From assembly GCA_030295235.1 (NCBI GenBank), contig AP026128.1:496001-560000 (forward strand): a stretch of DNA of 64,000 bases, written 5' to 3'. Below the pieces are notes generated by a model. That model had not been told where the DNA came from and did not search any database. It was given only the letters and a program-made list of their open reading frames with translations. The translations under genes were made by a program, and so were the position numbers. Source of the DNA: Fistulifera solaris (lineage: Eukaryota). Each line of letters starts with the position of its first letter. The stretch's first letter is position 1. This document shows, piece by piece, positions 10,677-22,971 of the stretch.

Positions 10677-13317
10677 ATGGAATATCAATCGCATTTGAGT
10701 TTTTCATCGTTTCAAGATGAAGTGCATTCTCGGAAAGCGAAGCATCATCGATATTCGGTTGATTTATCCGCCGATCGTCGACGCGCATCTCTATTTGGAG
10801 AGTCAACTGCATTGCATGACGCAGAAGATCTCTCTCCGCTTTCACCGTCAGAGAACTATCCTCGTGTCAACAATCATCATTGGCTACGAGATGCGTTGCA
10901 CCAAATTCCTGCAGTTCTTTTAATCGGTATTTTTCATTTGATGGTAGGGATCCCTTTTGGTGTTTCTTATTTTCCCATTGGTTGGGCCACGGATGACGAC
11001 TCCTCGGGTGACAACACAAAATCTTTTCCCGTTGAAGGGAAGGAAGCTTTAGGGATTCGCATGTTTCTCTTCTCCACGATGATCGGGCAAATTGTCTTTA
11101 CGTATGCATCCGGCTTTGCGAGTCCGATTGGCTTACAAATGATTGAGAACGTGCCGTTTTGTCACGAACTGGCTACCATCGTCATTCGGCATCAAGGATA
11201 CGGTGTAGAAGCCTTGTCAACGCTCATGTTTCTCTTTGGCTTGGCATCACTGGCAGTGGGCTTCGTATTTGGAGCTCTGGGTTACTTTCGACTGGGTCGG
11301 ATCGTCTATTATTTCCCCACGCATGTTCTGGTCGGCTGTATTGGTGGCATTGGAGTCTATGTTGCGAAGACGGCAGTGGAGGTGGCGTTGAACGCACCGT
11401 TTGGAGATAATACCATACGGCGCAACTTTCATCTGTTGAGAGTGGTTCTTTACTTTGAAGTGAGTCTACGGATTCTTCAAAAGCTCACCTGGGATCATGT
11501 GGCAAAGAAGCCACGATATGCATTACTATCACCCATCTTTTTTTGCTGCATCACACCAGTTTTCTACGCTGCCTTGTTTTTATTGCAGGTCCCCATTCAA
11601 GACGCCCGGGACCGAGGCTATTTCTTTCCGGCGCTGAATGGTGACTGCAGGGACTGTTCCATTGTCAACGAACATCTTTGTGACATGTGGCGTGTTCTCG
11701 ATGTAACGACGTTTTCCTGGCCAGCCTTGTGGGAATCCCTGCCCACATTACTGGCGCTGATTCTTTTTCGTTAATTCATGTGCCCATCAATATACCCGCT
11801 TTTGCAATCTCCACCAACACAGAAGTAGACATGAACAAAGAATTGTTAGCGCATGGCTATGCAAATCTTTTGCAGGATTGTCAGGTGGCTTGCAAAATTA
11901 CATGGCTTACACCCAGTCCGTATTGTATCACAAATCAGGCGGTTTTGGAAGAATGTCAGGATACGGGGTTGCTGCGTTGACTGCTGTTCTATTTGTTGTC
12001 GGACCAACCATGGCTTCGTATACTCCGCGTTGCATGGCTGGTGCTCTTTTGCTTCATGTTGGATTGGATCTCTTTCTTGAGGGCGTCTATGATTCCTATG
12101 GAAAGTTTGATATGCTTGAATATGCGGGTATATGGTTCATTACGGTGGTAATGACAGTGAAAGGTATGGAAGCCGCTATGATAGCTGGCTTCCTAGCTGC
12201 TATTTCTACTTATGTGATGCAAAATATGGCTTATGTAAACCCGATTCGAGGGTCAATGACGGCAGCAACGCTTCGAAGTAGTCGTTTGAACCGCGACAAT
12301 AAGAGTCGGAGTATTTTACAAGACCCCACAACAGGCCGACAGCGAATTTTGGTAATCCAATTACAGGGTCATCTCTTCTTCGGGAACGTGGCACAGCTTT
12401 CGGAAACGGTACAGCAACTGTTGACCATGAAGATCGAAGATGAACAGAACAGAGTGCTCATTTTAATATTGGACTTCTCTTTAGTTCTCAGTATTGACTC
12501 TTCAGCCGCACAATCCATTGTGAAACTGAAAAATGCAATACAAGCGAAGTTCGACGTACATTTGGCAATATTCGTCTCCGGATCAGAGGACGGATTTCAA
12601 TGTGAGTACAACCTGACAGAGGAATTGGCGGAAGTTGGCAAACGTGGCCACCAGGTAGAAGGGATTGTCGACGAGACAACCGGGCTGATACGGTCTTCAC
12701 TTAATGAACGGCACAATTTCAAAGGCAGTCACGTCTGTAGTTCGCTTGACAAGGCCTTGATCTACGCCGAAGATGCCCTTGTACATTCTGTTGACCCGAG
12801 CTTGCTCTTTAACAACATTCACATGAGTCACCCTCCCATTCGGCAAGACTCTTCATTAGATGAAGAAAAAGATGTTGCGCTGAGATATTTGCAAAACTTA
12901 TGCCCCTCAGGAGATCCAAGAACTGTGCAGATTCTCTTTTCAAAATTCAAACGAGAGACTTATGTGAAGGACCAGTATCTATGGAAACAAGATTCCCCGG
13001 GAGATTGTGCAAAGCTTCTTGTTTGGGGTGAATTGATAGCCTACATTGAGAACGAAGCCAATACTTTTGAGATAGTTGAAACTGGCAATACAGTCGGTGA
13101 ACTTTGCCTAGTGGACGACGTACCACGAATGAGTTCTGTTTGCTGTTTGTCAGAGACCGCTGTTCTTTATAGCTTGAGTCGGGATGATTTCACCTTTCTT
13201 GTTGAGATGCACCCGCATGCAGCACGGCTCGTTGATATACTTTGCATTCGCTATCTTTCCTCGCGAGTGCAGCTCGCGAGCAATCGTATATTCGAGACAC
13301 GCTGTCTACCTGTTTGA
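10677..13317 (+). CDS. SulP/SLC26 anion transporter with STAS and cyclic-nucleotide-binding domain (yeast Vsb1/YGR125W-like); frameshifts ~11768 and ~11870
   Basis: Multi-TM region (QMIENVPF, YFPTHVLVGCIGGIG, FSLIHVPINIPA, GGLQNY), STAS (QLQGHLFFGN...ILDFSLVLSIDSSAA) and CNB domain (GNTVGELCL...PRMSS). Both breaks are missing T in T-runs. Confidence 0.88.
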
Positions 13318-13489
13318 ATCCATTGACATGGGCCATCCGAAATCCACAATTTTGTTCTTATAATCCAAGCTTTTATTTAGCCGTCCTCGACTACCTAATT
13401 CCTTTTGAGCGAGCAGGTAGGCTTTTCAGACGAATAGCGGCAAATAAGAAAATTAGTATTTATAACGGTCCTATCTTTATTAATATGTT

Positions 13490-16400
13490 TTATACTTCAT
13501 CTTCTTGATCGGGAGAGGGCCGCGCTGGAGGTTTCTTCTTGTCGGCCTCTTTTAGCTGTGTTAAACTTCTTTGAATAGCCCACTCCGCAGCATCTACAGC
13601 CCCAGAATCAGTCGCCCCTTCTGCCTTTTTTCTGCTCTGCGATTTGCATCCACAGTTCCGCTTGTTGTAGTGCTTCTTCCTCTTCGTCCGTTATTTTACT
13701 TGTTGCCTCTCTCTTCGCGGGAGACCCCGAAAACACGAGGGCTTTAGACACAACACCAGACCAATCGCCAACATTTATCATCTCATCCAGCTCTTCAGCG
13801 CGCGCCCTATCTTCACCAGATAGTTTGTCCCTATCTTTTGGTATATCGGAATCTATTGACCTGTTCAAAGCTGTGAAGTCTTCGCTGTTAGGACTCCCGA
13901 CAGATTGGTCACCAATCATAGCTGCAGCCCGACCAACTGCGTCCCAATCTCCGCGCTCGATTGCTAATTCAAGAGCTGATCGCTGTTCTTTCAAAGAATC
14001 TGGCGAAACAAATGTGGATATGTCTGAATCACCAGGAGTGCTTGGCATGGACTGAGGACTTGCTATCGTTTGTGCTGCGGGCTTTACTCCGGGAACTACA
14101 CCACGTTGAACAGTTTGCTTTGCTTTAACTTTTGCTGCTTTCTGGCTAGCAGCTCGGGCCTTCTGAGCGGCTGCTCGCTCTTGCATTGTTCTTAACGTTT
14201 CTATTAACTCTTCCTCGCGTCCCTTGAATTGATTCATCATTTCGTCTACATTGTCAATCTCTTCCGGAACAACCCGGCGGACTAGCGCTTCCACTTCAGC
14301 GCGAATTTCCGCCCGCTTAGCTATCTTGCTGGGACTATCAGATAAAGTCGACATGGAACGTGTTGCCCCAGTGTCGGTACCTGTTCCGGTCATCGAATCA
14401 CCACTCGACTCAACTGAAGCACCGGCTGTGCCCTCCACGTTTCGCGATGCCTCCGTCTGATACTTGGCCGCTGCTAAAACTACACCTTCCCAATCCCCAG
14501 CATCCACCAACTGGTCTAGCTCAGCTGCGCGAGCAGCATCGATACTTCCACTCCCTGCGGAGCTGCGATCCGTTGTTCTGCTTCTAGCCGAGCTCAGCGA
14601 CTGAGAATCGGATGCAGCTGCTAATAATGCTGCAGTTGCGCCGACAGCGGCCCAGTCACCAGCTTCGATCAGCCTGTCCAACTCTTCGCGAGATGCAGGA
14701 GGAATTTCTCCCCCGGTATCAGGAATTTGTGACAGTCTGTTATGACAGAATACAAGTCACAGTGAGTTTCATTGTTAATAAGCATGCTGTGCGAAAAAAC
14801 CTTGATACGTACGTTGAGCTGTCTTTCTTCCTTCCTCTACGGGCCAAACCACTGGCAACTCCCAAAGCGGCTAAAGCAGCACCTGCTGCGGCAGCTGCAT
14901 CCATTGAATCGTCCATGCTTCCCGTGTTAAGACTGGAAAGACCAGCACTACTTGACCAGCCCGAGCTTCCTGCATTTGACGAGCCCTCGTCATACTGATC
15001 GGCCCCCTGGCTCGGCTAGGTGATCTTCTCCCGCCTCCATCGCTTCCATGGATTTTCGTGAGCGTTTGCCGTAATCAGCCTCCGCGGCCCCAAGAGTAAC
15101 AGCTGCTCCCGTGTCTGCAGTAATTTGTACCGCATCATCAGTAAACAAGCTGTCATTAACGGATCCCTCGGGCTTCGCTGATGGCAACGCGTCAACACTG
15201 CCTTCTTCACCATGGTAAGCAGAATAGTCAATCTTACGGCTTTGATTGTTTTGAGGTTTCCTACGACTAACCAAAAGCCCGATGCCGATCAAAGCAACAA
15301 CAAATGCAATCGAAACCGCGATTCCAGCACGCGCACCAGTGGAGAGCGATTCAGAGTCTGAGGTCTCACCGCCTTCGGGTTGAATGCCAGTCAAAATTCG
15401 TACCGGCGTGTCGACTCTTCTCTTCAGCAATTCAGTCTGCAAGTCACCGTTTATAATAGCGTCCAGCAAATTCGATTCGTATCGAGACACGGCATCGCTC
15501 ACTTCCTCGGGGCTACCACGTAAATCGGAAGGCATCGACAAATTAACAAGAGCAACGATGTCTTGGCACAAATCACCCTCCGCAGTTAAATCCTCGGGGC
15601 AATCTGCGATCGAAAACGGTGAGTAAGATGTTTACAAGCGAATAATACATCAGCTTCGACAAATTTTCTTACCGATTTCCTCTTGACTTTCAATTTCCGT
15701 CGGTAGGAGTACCGACATTTCCAACTGCAAAGCGCGCAACCGGCGATTTAAAGTTTCGTCCCCAACTTGCACCGCAAGTTCGTCCATCGCTGCCGTCAAA
15801 TCCCCCAGGTATTGTTCTTCGAAACCTTCATTCTCAATGAGAATTTTCCCACTGGACACGGCTATAGTGTACATGACAGAAGCCACTGAAGTAATTGTTT
15901 CAGGCGGCGTGGTTGGTTTTGGAGTTGGCGCAATAACCGCTGTTGGTATCTCTGTTGGAGCTGGGCTCACTGTGGGCACCGGTGGTAGTGTGGGCTCCGC
16001 TACAGGAGACGAAGAAGGAACAGCATCTATTTCTGTTGGAGACACAGTTGGTGTGTCAACAGATTCCGGAGTGGGAGGGGATGTAGGCAAAGAAGTGGGT
16101 GGGGGCGTTCCGGCTGGAGAGGTTGTTGGTCTCGCTGTCGGAAAAGGCGAAGTCATAATAGAATCTGCCGCTTCGGATATTAAAGAACACACTGAATAGA
16201 GATACGCCACATCTTCCGGGGAGCCTCCTTCGCTAGTCGGAGGATCGGGTACCCGAATATGAGCGTTCGAACCGACACAACATTCCGTGTCGGTAGGATC
16301 ACCACCAGCGATGCAATCTGACACAAACAGGCCAGACTGCGAAAGGTATTAGTGAAGGCGAGTGGCAAGTCGTTGAAGGCGACATCCTCTGCTATTAAGC

Positions 16401-16659
16401 CCGGGGGTGACAGATCTCGAGCTAACGAGACGTATTCTTCTCTCGTGACACGTCCATCCCCATTTTCGTCCGAAGCAACCACGGCGTCGTAACAACTCTC
16501 CGAATCGACAAATTTCCCGACTTGATACACCTTGAGGAAGTGGTCCTCGTTGATTGAATAAATATCTACAATTGCCGCCGATATTGTTGTGAGGTAACAA
16601 CCTGCGACAACCAGAATCGCTCTGTTGGTTAATAATTTGATCATCGTGTTTGTGGGCAT
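13490..16659 (-). CDS. Type-I membrane protein: signal peptide, EF-hand-like motif, Pro/Thr stalk, single TM, cytosolic GDW repeats; introns 15672-15604 and 14812-14737; several frameshifts
   Basis: Signal peptide (AILVVAGCYLTTISA), DENGDGRVTREEY EF-hand, PT/SP-rich stalk, TM (GIAVSIAFVVALIGIGLLVSRRK), repeated (L/I)xxGDWxxV helices. The last frame ends AAEWAIQRSL...QEDEV* at 13490. Both introns are canonical GT-AG. Confidence 0.7.
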
Positions 16660-17828
16660 AAAATGATTGTGATGCGCTTCGCTTTCCGTCCTGCCTGCTC
16701 ACTGAGAAAGGCAGTCGACTAAAATCGTTTTCTCGCTCAAACGTCGTTTACACAGGTAGGCAACCGAAATGAAGTAAACGACGACTGGCTGCAAGAGAAG
16801 TTACAGTCACGTTTGACTATCGTAAATACCCCGGAATGAATGATGGTTCGACTTGACAAAAAATGAAGCGATGGTTCGTTTGCGGCGCCCCGAGTGAGAG
16901 ACTAACGCAACACTTCAATACGGTAGACGACTATCTCAATTAATAAAAAAAGCTAACAACACGTTTGATATCTCCGAAAGCCTGTCACGTCTTAATGAAT
17001 CTGAATTGGTTTTAGACTTCACGGTATCGTTTATTTGAAGGAGCAAAACGATGCAAAACTCCATCCCAGCGCGCGCAGGGACTTCAGGTTATAGTGTTTC
17101 GCAGTACTCATTGTAAAATATTTAAGGCACTGCCGGCGTGGATGGACTGTGTTTAGTATAAGCTCATTACAAAACTATAGCATGAGAAGTAGGAGAGTCT
17201 CAAGAGACATTTTAGTGGACTTGCCAAAAATTCCGCCAAGTCAAAACCTGAACGGGCAAGGCTGACCGGTACTGGGACATTTACTATATCATTAGGTGTA
17301 CCAAATTATTTAGCTTTCACCGGAGTGCGTCCTCTCCGACATTTTTGGCGGGAATGCAAATCGGACTGCCAAAAGACTCCTCCATGCTTTGATCATCAAG
17401 AACAACATCTAACTTCTTAAGCTCGGCCCTCTAGAGCTCAAGAGCCGTTAACTGTGCTGCTATGAGCAACTCTAGAGGGTGAATTTGAATCAACAGCTTG
17501 TGAATTGTGCACGCCATCAGGTTACCCTCAATCCGATCCAAACTAACCACATCACAAGCGCTTTTCGGAAGGGAGAAAAAGAGCCAAATGATGAGAAAAG
17601 TCAGGAACACCTTGTTTTGATTTGATGGATCTAGAGTGCATTAGATTTTTGTTTTCATTCTTTCTGTTTCCCAAAAAAGTAAGATTACGGAGCCAGGCCT
17701 CTTCACTGGTGTTCCTCCTAAGTAGCCCGTCATCAAGCCATTCTCGTTACAGAACACAAACTCAATTTTGAGCACATTCCTAAGTTGCGTTCAAGCCTTG
17801 TTAACTTGCAAATGTTTGCCTCTAGTTT

Positions 17829-18119
17829 TTACTATAGACCCAAAGTGTTGGTTTAAGGAACCACGACCACGACTGCATTTCAGTCATGAATCACAGCTTC
17901 GCCTCGCCAAACCGCTATATCAACTATCAACTTCCGTATTTTTTTGCAAAAAGTGTTATGTTCCTTTTGTTGCCATCACGATACAACATATATCTTCTCA
18001 TTGGCAAAGCCTGTGCTGCTTTTCTTGTCGAAATTCCTTGTACAACGCCATGCGTCCGGGATTACTGTAGGCCAAAGTGTTGGTTCAAGGGTTACCACGA
18101 CTGCACCCAGTCCTGAATC
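17829..18119 (+). repeat. Direct pair of ~60-bp conserved core element (17829-17892 and 18062-18119)
   Basis: ttactatagacccaaagtgttggtttaagg...ccacgactgcatttcagtcatgaatc versus ttactgtaggccaaagtgttggttcaagg...ccacgactgcacccagtcctgaatc. Confidence 0.85.
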
Positions 18120-18283
18120 GTGAGCGGTCGCTGCAAAACAGAAAATAATTGCTCTTCGCAGCTCATCGGCTTTTCAAAGAATAGGGTCGAAGTCGAAGGT
18201 CGAAGCGAGTTGAAGGCAGTTGTTTATGCGACAAACTAACCATTTGTGTACGAACAAACTCGTCGAAGGAAGTAAAGCCGACA

Positions 18284-18952
18284 ATGATCAAGCTATCAAT
18301 AATACTTACGTTAATTACCGGATCCTTATCATGGCAACAAGATTCTCGTTGCCTCCATCGCCGCGACGTCATGGGCAATATACTATCACTTCCATTTATT
18401 GTGCCGTCGAAAGCACATGGTGAAGACTTTCCCACTTCTGCTGGTCGTAAGGGATGTAAGACGGTCAGCGATCCCAGTCGGACCGCTGTCACGTGCACCG
18501 GAGACGTACTGCTGGCCATACCCAACAACACTCGACTTTCCGGAATTTCCGCCACGGAGAACGGTGTGTCAACTTCTGCCGTGAAAAATCCCAGTCGTTT
18601 CGCCGCTCCGTGGAATTACTCTACGGAAACGGACCAAGCGAGCAAAGCATTCAGCAGTTTACAAGCCGCCTTATTAAAAGTGGAACCAACGGTTGAGATT
18701 GATACGGTCGACACAAACTTTCGGTCTTCTGGGTACTATTATTTGCATGCTACATTGAGTTCGCCAGCTACGGGAACGGATGATATCGAATTCATAATCA
18801 GGCCTGAGGATAGACTTGCCCTCTTTCGGTCGGCTAGCCGCACTTCTGTTTTTGTTTACCCATTGACACAGCCAGTGACAGATGGCTTGCGAAATAGAAA
18901 GCGGATGGAAAAGATTCGAGACGAGCTGGGTTGGCAAGACTTGAGCTATTAA
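18284..18952 (+). CDS. DUF1499-family protein, probably thylakoid-lumen targeted
   Basis: Signal peptide ...TGSLS-W, then twin-arginine RRDVMGNILSLPFIVPSKAHG; DUF1499-like motifs ENGVSTSA..NP..APW, YLHA, DDIEF, FRSASR, D.LRNRKRMEKIR. Confidence 0.75.
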   Translation: MIKLSIILTLITGSLSWQQDSRCLHRRDVMGNILSLPFIVPSKAHGEDFPTSAGRKGCKTVSDPSRTAVTCTGDVLLAIPNNTRLSGISATENGVSTSAVKNPSRFAAPWNYSTETDQASKAFSSLQAALLKVEPTVEIDTVDTNFRSSGYYYLHATLSSPATGTDDIEFIIRPEDRLALFRSASRTSVFVYPLTQPVTDGLRNRKRMEKIRDELGWQDLSY

Positions 18953-19455
18953 GTTTTGATCAGCTTTGGCAAAATGGAAGCAACAAAGAGCGGATTTCCA
19001 TTTTTGTTATCGGCATGCAGAAGAATTCTTAGTTGCAGTATTCTTTTGTCGATTCCATGGTCCGCTTTGGACTGGAGATAGTTAGGATCGATAACAATAC
19101 TCCCTAAAACATCTTAGAAACCTTAAATATCTATCCACACTAAGGTTAAGTATAATTATTCATCTCACTTGGCAAGAAAGACAACAGAAATTTGTACAGT
19201 AAAACAATAATTATGGACGTGAGAACCAGTTACTCGCTGATCTGCTAAGCGCAAAATATGCCTCAAATCACCCTTTAAGTAGAGTACGTGTTATCTAACC
19301 CATTCGTGCATGTATCCATGTTTTTCGCGCGGTTGCACTTTCAAAGAAAGATACGCCGAAACGATCTGAATGGATCGCTCATTATTCTCCTTGTTCTGTC
19401 TCTCCCCTCAACAAAACGCACAAGTTCTTTGAGTTTTGAGTCCCCTTTGTCAACA

Positions 19456-20394
19456 ATGAAGACGTATTATAGTTTGTTGGCGCTGCTTTTGAGTTTCGTT
19501 GTGACGGCTGCGCAACAGATAGGATACTTGGAAATCACCGAGGAAGATTGGAGTATTGTTCAGAATGCGGCGGATATAGTATCGGAACGATTCGGGCGTT
19601 TTGGTTCATTCGACAATGTTTTCCGATATCGTACCAGCAGAGCCGCTCTGGTTCAGTCCGATGGTCGATGCTACGTTGCTTTCCGAGGACGGCGACTGGC
19701 TGCATTGAAGCTCTTTGTCCCTCGGCGAACAAAGGATTACTGTGTGGATAACGAATGCTGCCTTGTTCAAACAAAATACGAAAGGGACCTTGGTGATCTT
19801 GTGTCGAAAATAAGACCCGAATTGGAAGCTTGTGTAAACGATTACTGCACCGAAATGGATTGTGTCGTAATCACTGGCCATGGCATCGGTGGTAGTCTCG
19901 CTGCTTTGGCGGCAATGTCGTTCAAATCATACAACCCTTTCGGAATTACCTTTGGAGAGGTGCAAAATGTGGAGACGCCGTGTCCCTTAATTGATTCCGA
20001 GCGTTGGTGGCGATTTATCAACACAGAGGAAGAGGAGGGAGCTTTGGTTTACGACCGGCTTTCGGCTCGACGATACTCTCGGTTCCCCAAGGCTCTTGGT
20101 CACATTTTGCTGCTTTCTTCTGTTGACAGTACGGCAGTAGCGCACATGGGCATTGATCGCAAGTGGGAATATGAATATGACACACGTCGAGTGCGTATTC
20201 TTCCGGGTCGACGAACGAATAGCATGGATAAATATCAAGATCGTATTTCGGCTCTGACGGCAGAGTACGCAACAACACTAACATACCCAATCGCGGTTGA
20301 GGGTTTTGACGAGGGTTCGGTGTGCAATTTTGGAGGTGAATGTGAATCACGACTTTGCGGGGAAAGCGAAGGGAAACGAGCGTGCCTTGCATAG
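19456..20394 (+). CDS. Secreted class-3 lipase-like protein with Gly in place of catalytic Ser
   Basis: Signal peptide MKTYYSLLALLLSFVVTAA; CYVAFRG, VVITGHGIGGSLA (canonical GHSxGG), ITFGE, RFIN; Cys-rich C-terminus. Confidence 0.75.
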   Translation: MKTYYSLLALLLSFVVTAAQQIGYLEITEEDWSIVQNAADIVSERFGRFGSFDNVFRYRTSRAALVQSDGRCYVAFRGRRLAALKLFVPRRTKDYCVDNECCLVQTKYERDLGDLVSKIRPELEACVNDYCTEMDCVVITGHGIGGSLAALAAMSFKSYNPFGITFGEVQNVETPCPLIDSERWWRFINTEEEEGALVYDRLSARRYSRFPKALGHILLLSSVDSTAVAHMGIDRKWEYEYDTRRVRILPGRRTNSMDKYQDRISALTAEYATTLTYPIAVEGFDEGSVCNFGGECESRLCGESEGKRACLA

Positions 20395-20449
20395 TGTTTT
20401 TCAAAGCTGTTACGTTAATGAATCATTAAATGCAACATATTTGTCCAAA

Positions 20450-21409
20450 TTAAAGTAGCGCATTTATTATTAAATCATAGGTGAAGAACGTAACGGAATG
20501 GTTAACAGCCGCACGTAGCATTTTGGGAGTTATTCCGTTCCAGAAACCGTTTATTCCTTCTCGTTTGTACAGATCTTCCGTCGTCTCCCACACATTGACA
20601 GTTCGATCACCCTCATTTGCCTGGACGATAGACTTAACAACGTCAATAGGATAAACAGGAACCCATGAAGCACAACCGGAAAAGGCACCGTAAAGAAGTG
20701 GTGCTAAGGCAAATTCAAAGGGACTGAATTCTTTCAACAAACCGTACACGGCAAAATAAATGCCGTAGGACGGAACTTCTCTCGCCAGTGTAAGACCTAG
20801 ACCTCTTACCATGAGACCTTTCAGACCATCTGTCTTCAGAACGGCTTTTATACATAGAATCTCATTGTTTCGATACAAATCTCTACCTTGAGCTTGCATC
20901 ATCACTTTTATTCGTTCAATGGGCGCTACGAGAAACGACGTCACAAATCCGGCAAAACAAGCAGCCGCAATCAAACTTGTTGTACTTCCACCAGGAAGTG
21001 CCTCCAAGGCCATTGCGTTGACACCAAACGCAACGCTTTTAATGATTGCTTGTCCCATCATTGTGGTCTTCACTCCCGAAAAGAAGCCAGCAACTCCCTC
21101 GTTCTTTAACACATGAACCACCACATCATAAGTCGTTGGAGCCCGACGACTGTACACCGCAGCACCGTCCGTGCCTAGATTGTTGTCTTCCATGGGAATC
21201 ATTAACTGCGCTTTTACCTTGAGTGTATCAAGAGGGTACGATACCCCGACGCCAATGGCACCTGCTACCGAACCAGCCACCAGTGATGCCACTCCGGTCG
21301 GAAGAGCCGAGACGCGTACATTCTGTTTTCGTGGAGGAGGTCGAACATTAGGGACCCATGCATGGCTTTGAAGGAACAATAAGCATATAAATAGCAATTG
21401 GCACTGCAT
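20450..21409 (-). CDS. Mitochondrial carrier family (SLC25) transporter, carnitine/basic amino acid-like, with bipartite plastid presequence
   Basis: Three PX(D/E)XXK signatures (PLDTLK, PIERIK, PIDVVK), LAREVPSYGIYF; N-terminus MQCQLLFICLLFLQSHA-WVP. Confidence 0.88.
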   Translation of the reverse strand: MQCQLLFICLLFLQSHAWVPNVRPPPRKQNVRVSALPTGVASLVAGSVAGAIGVGVSYPLDTLKVKAQLMIPMEDNNLGTDGAAVYSRRAPTTYDVVVHVLKNEGVAGFFSGVKTTMMGQAIIKSVAFGVNAMALEALPGGSTTSLIAAACFAGFVTSFLVAPIERIKVMMQAQGRDLYRNNEILCIKAVLKTDGLKGLMVRGLGLTLAREVPSYGIYFAVYGLLKEFSPFEFALAPLLYGAFSGCASWVPVYPIDVVKSIVQANEGDRTVNVWETTEDLYKREGINGFWNGITPKMLRAAVNHSVTFFTYDLIINALL

Positions 21410-21790
21410 TTTGTTCGAATTCTTCTCTTTGTGATGTGAATTCTGGAAGGTGAGTTTTGACTTTTGACTCACCTCTGTAATTCTGACGCTGTCGTCAGTC
21501 CTCGAGAAAATTGTGGAGCAGTTATGGTTTATGGTGAAGAGAAGGCGAAAGGAGGAAGTTTGCATTATAATAAAAATCATTACCGGTTTCTTTACTTTTC
21601 ACTATGCGTATGCCGAATAGCTTAAATTGGAAATAGATACATATTTCAAAATGAGTACCGCGCGCGAGACGCGATTAGGCATTTGAAATTTAGACTGATC
21701 CAAAGTGTAACGGTGCTTTTTGCCTTCGGAGGAAAGCCGAACAACAACAAAAGTTTATGTTTTCGAAAATGAAAAATTTTGACCTAATAC

Positions 21791-22668
21791 ATGATAGACG
21801 AGGAGTGGAGACGACCCGGATACTATTTTTTACGCGAAAAGTATGCCGCAGAAGATACGCTCAACATTGAGCTGAACTCCTTTTGTTCGGCAGAAGACTA
21901 CCTTCAAGGTGCTAATGAGGTAATCCCGTCAATAACGAAAGTGCCGCTAATATCCATCAGGAGCGAAGTTGACCGAGACTTGTTGTCGTACACGCAGGTC
22001 TTGGAGCAGCTTATCGAATCTCCCAAACAAACACTTTCAGATTTAATCCGATCTTATATGCTAGGACGCAGACTCAGGATCTTGTTAGAGAAATTTTGCC
22101 GAAACATCCCCATTTTCAAACAATCCACAGAAATATAGCAACTGATCATTTGCATATTATTAATCGCTACATTGACCAGATAACGCCCTTAATTGAGCAA
22201 CAGGCCTATGAGAAAGCTCGTCAATGCAGAAATACAACGTTCAATGGTGACTCGGGAGATTCGGGAATCATAGACATACAACAGCATTTGTTCCCTACGA
22301 TCCAACCGTCGCCAGCATTCAACACAATCGCCTCAACAGTAACATCTTTTGACGATGCATCAGATATTCTCCTATTCAACATGTGCAAGAAGATAATTTC
22401 TCGGTGCAACAGTTTCGACCAGTCGATGCACCCGGCGTCAAGTCGTTCGAATCACCAACGAAGCAGCACGACCATTAGCAAAGGGCGTTACAAACGCACC
22501 ATCGCTATGTCCCGAGAGGAAAGCAAGCGTGTTCAACTACAAAGCAAAGTGCCGCATGAGAATGAAGCGAGGTTGATCAGACTGCCCCCAGAACTGTCGC
22601 AAGGCTATAGTAACGTAAAACAGTCGTCGCAGCCAGACTTCCCGGTCGTCATCGCTGACGCCGTGTGA
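21791..22668 (+). CDS. Hypothetical protein (two overlapping ORFs, probable frameshift ~22110-22135)
   Basis: 115 aa and 190 aa ORFs overlapping in the same orientation; no recognisable domain. Confidence 0.35.
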
Positions 22669-22971
22669 CGAGCTCTACCCTTCTTTAAAGACCCACAGAA
22701 GCGATTCGAAGACACATGAAACGTCACTGAGAAGCGTGGCAACCATTTCGTTGAAAATCACAAGCCAAAGTCTGTTTATCATCCGTCACCGCGTCAAACT
22801 CGCTACTTCAAACAATCGCAAGGGCAATCGGGGCAAGGCGCCGTGGCAACCTTCAAAAACGTCTTCAGTTTTTGTTCGATGCATCGGTAGCTCTCGAATA
22901 AGAAAAGCGCAACCCGGCCTGTAAATTGCGACGAAGTCTTTCCTGTCGTCCTGGAAACAACAAGTGGGTGT

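Noticed and set aside
17427..17479. Inverted repeat CCCTCTAGAG...CTCTAGAGGG
   Set aside because: Single 10-bp stem built on a self-palindromic TCTAGA; no TSD or second copy.
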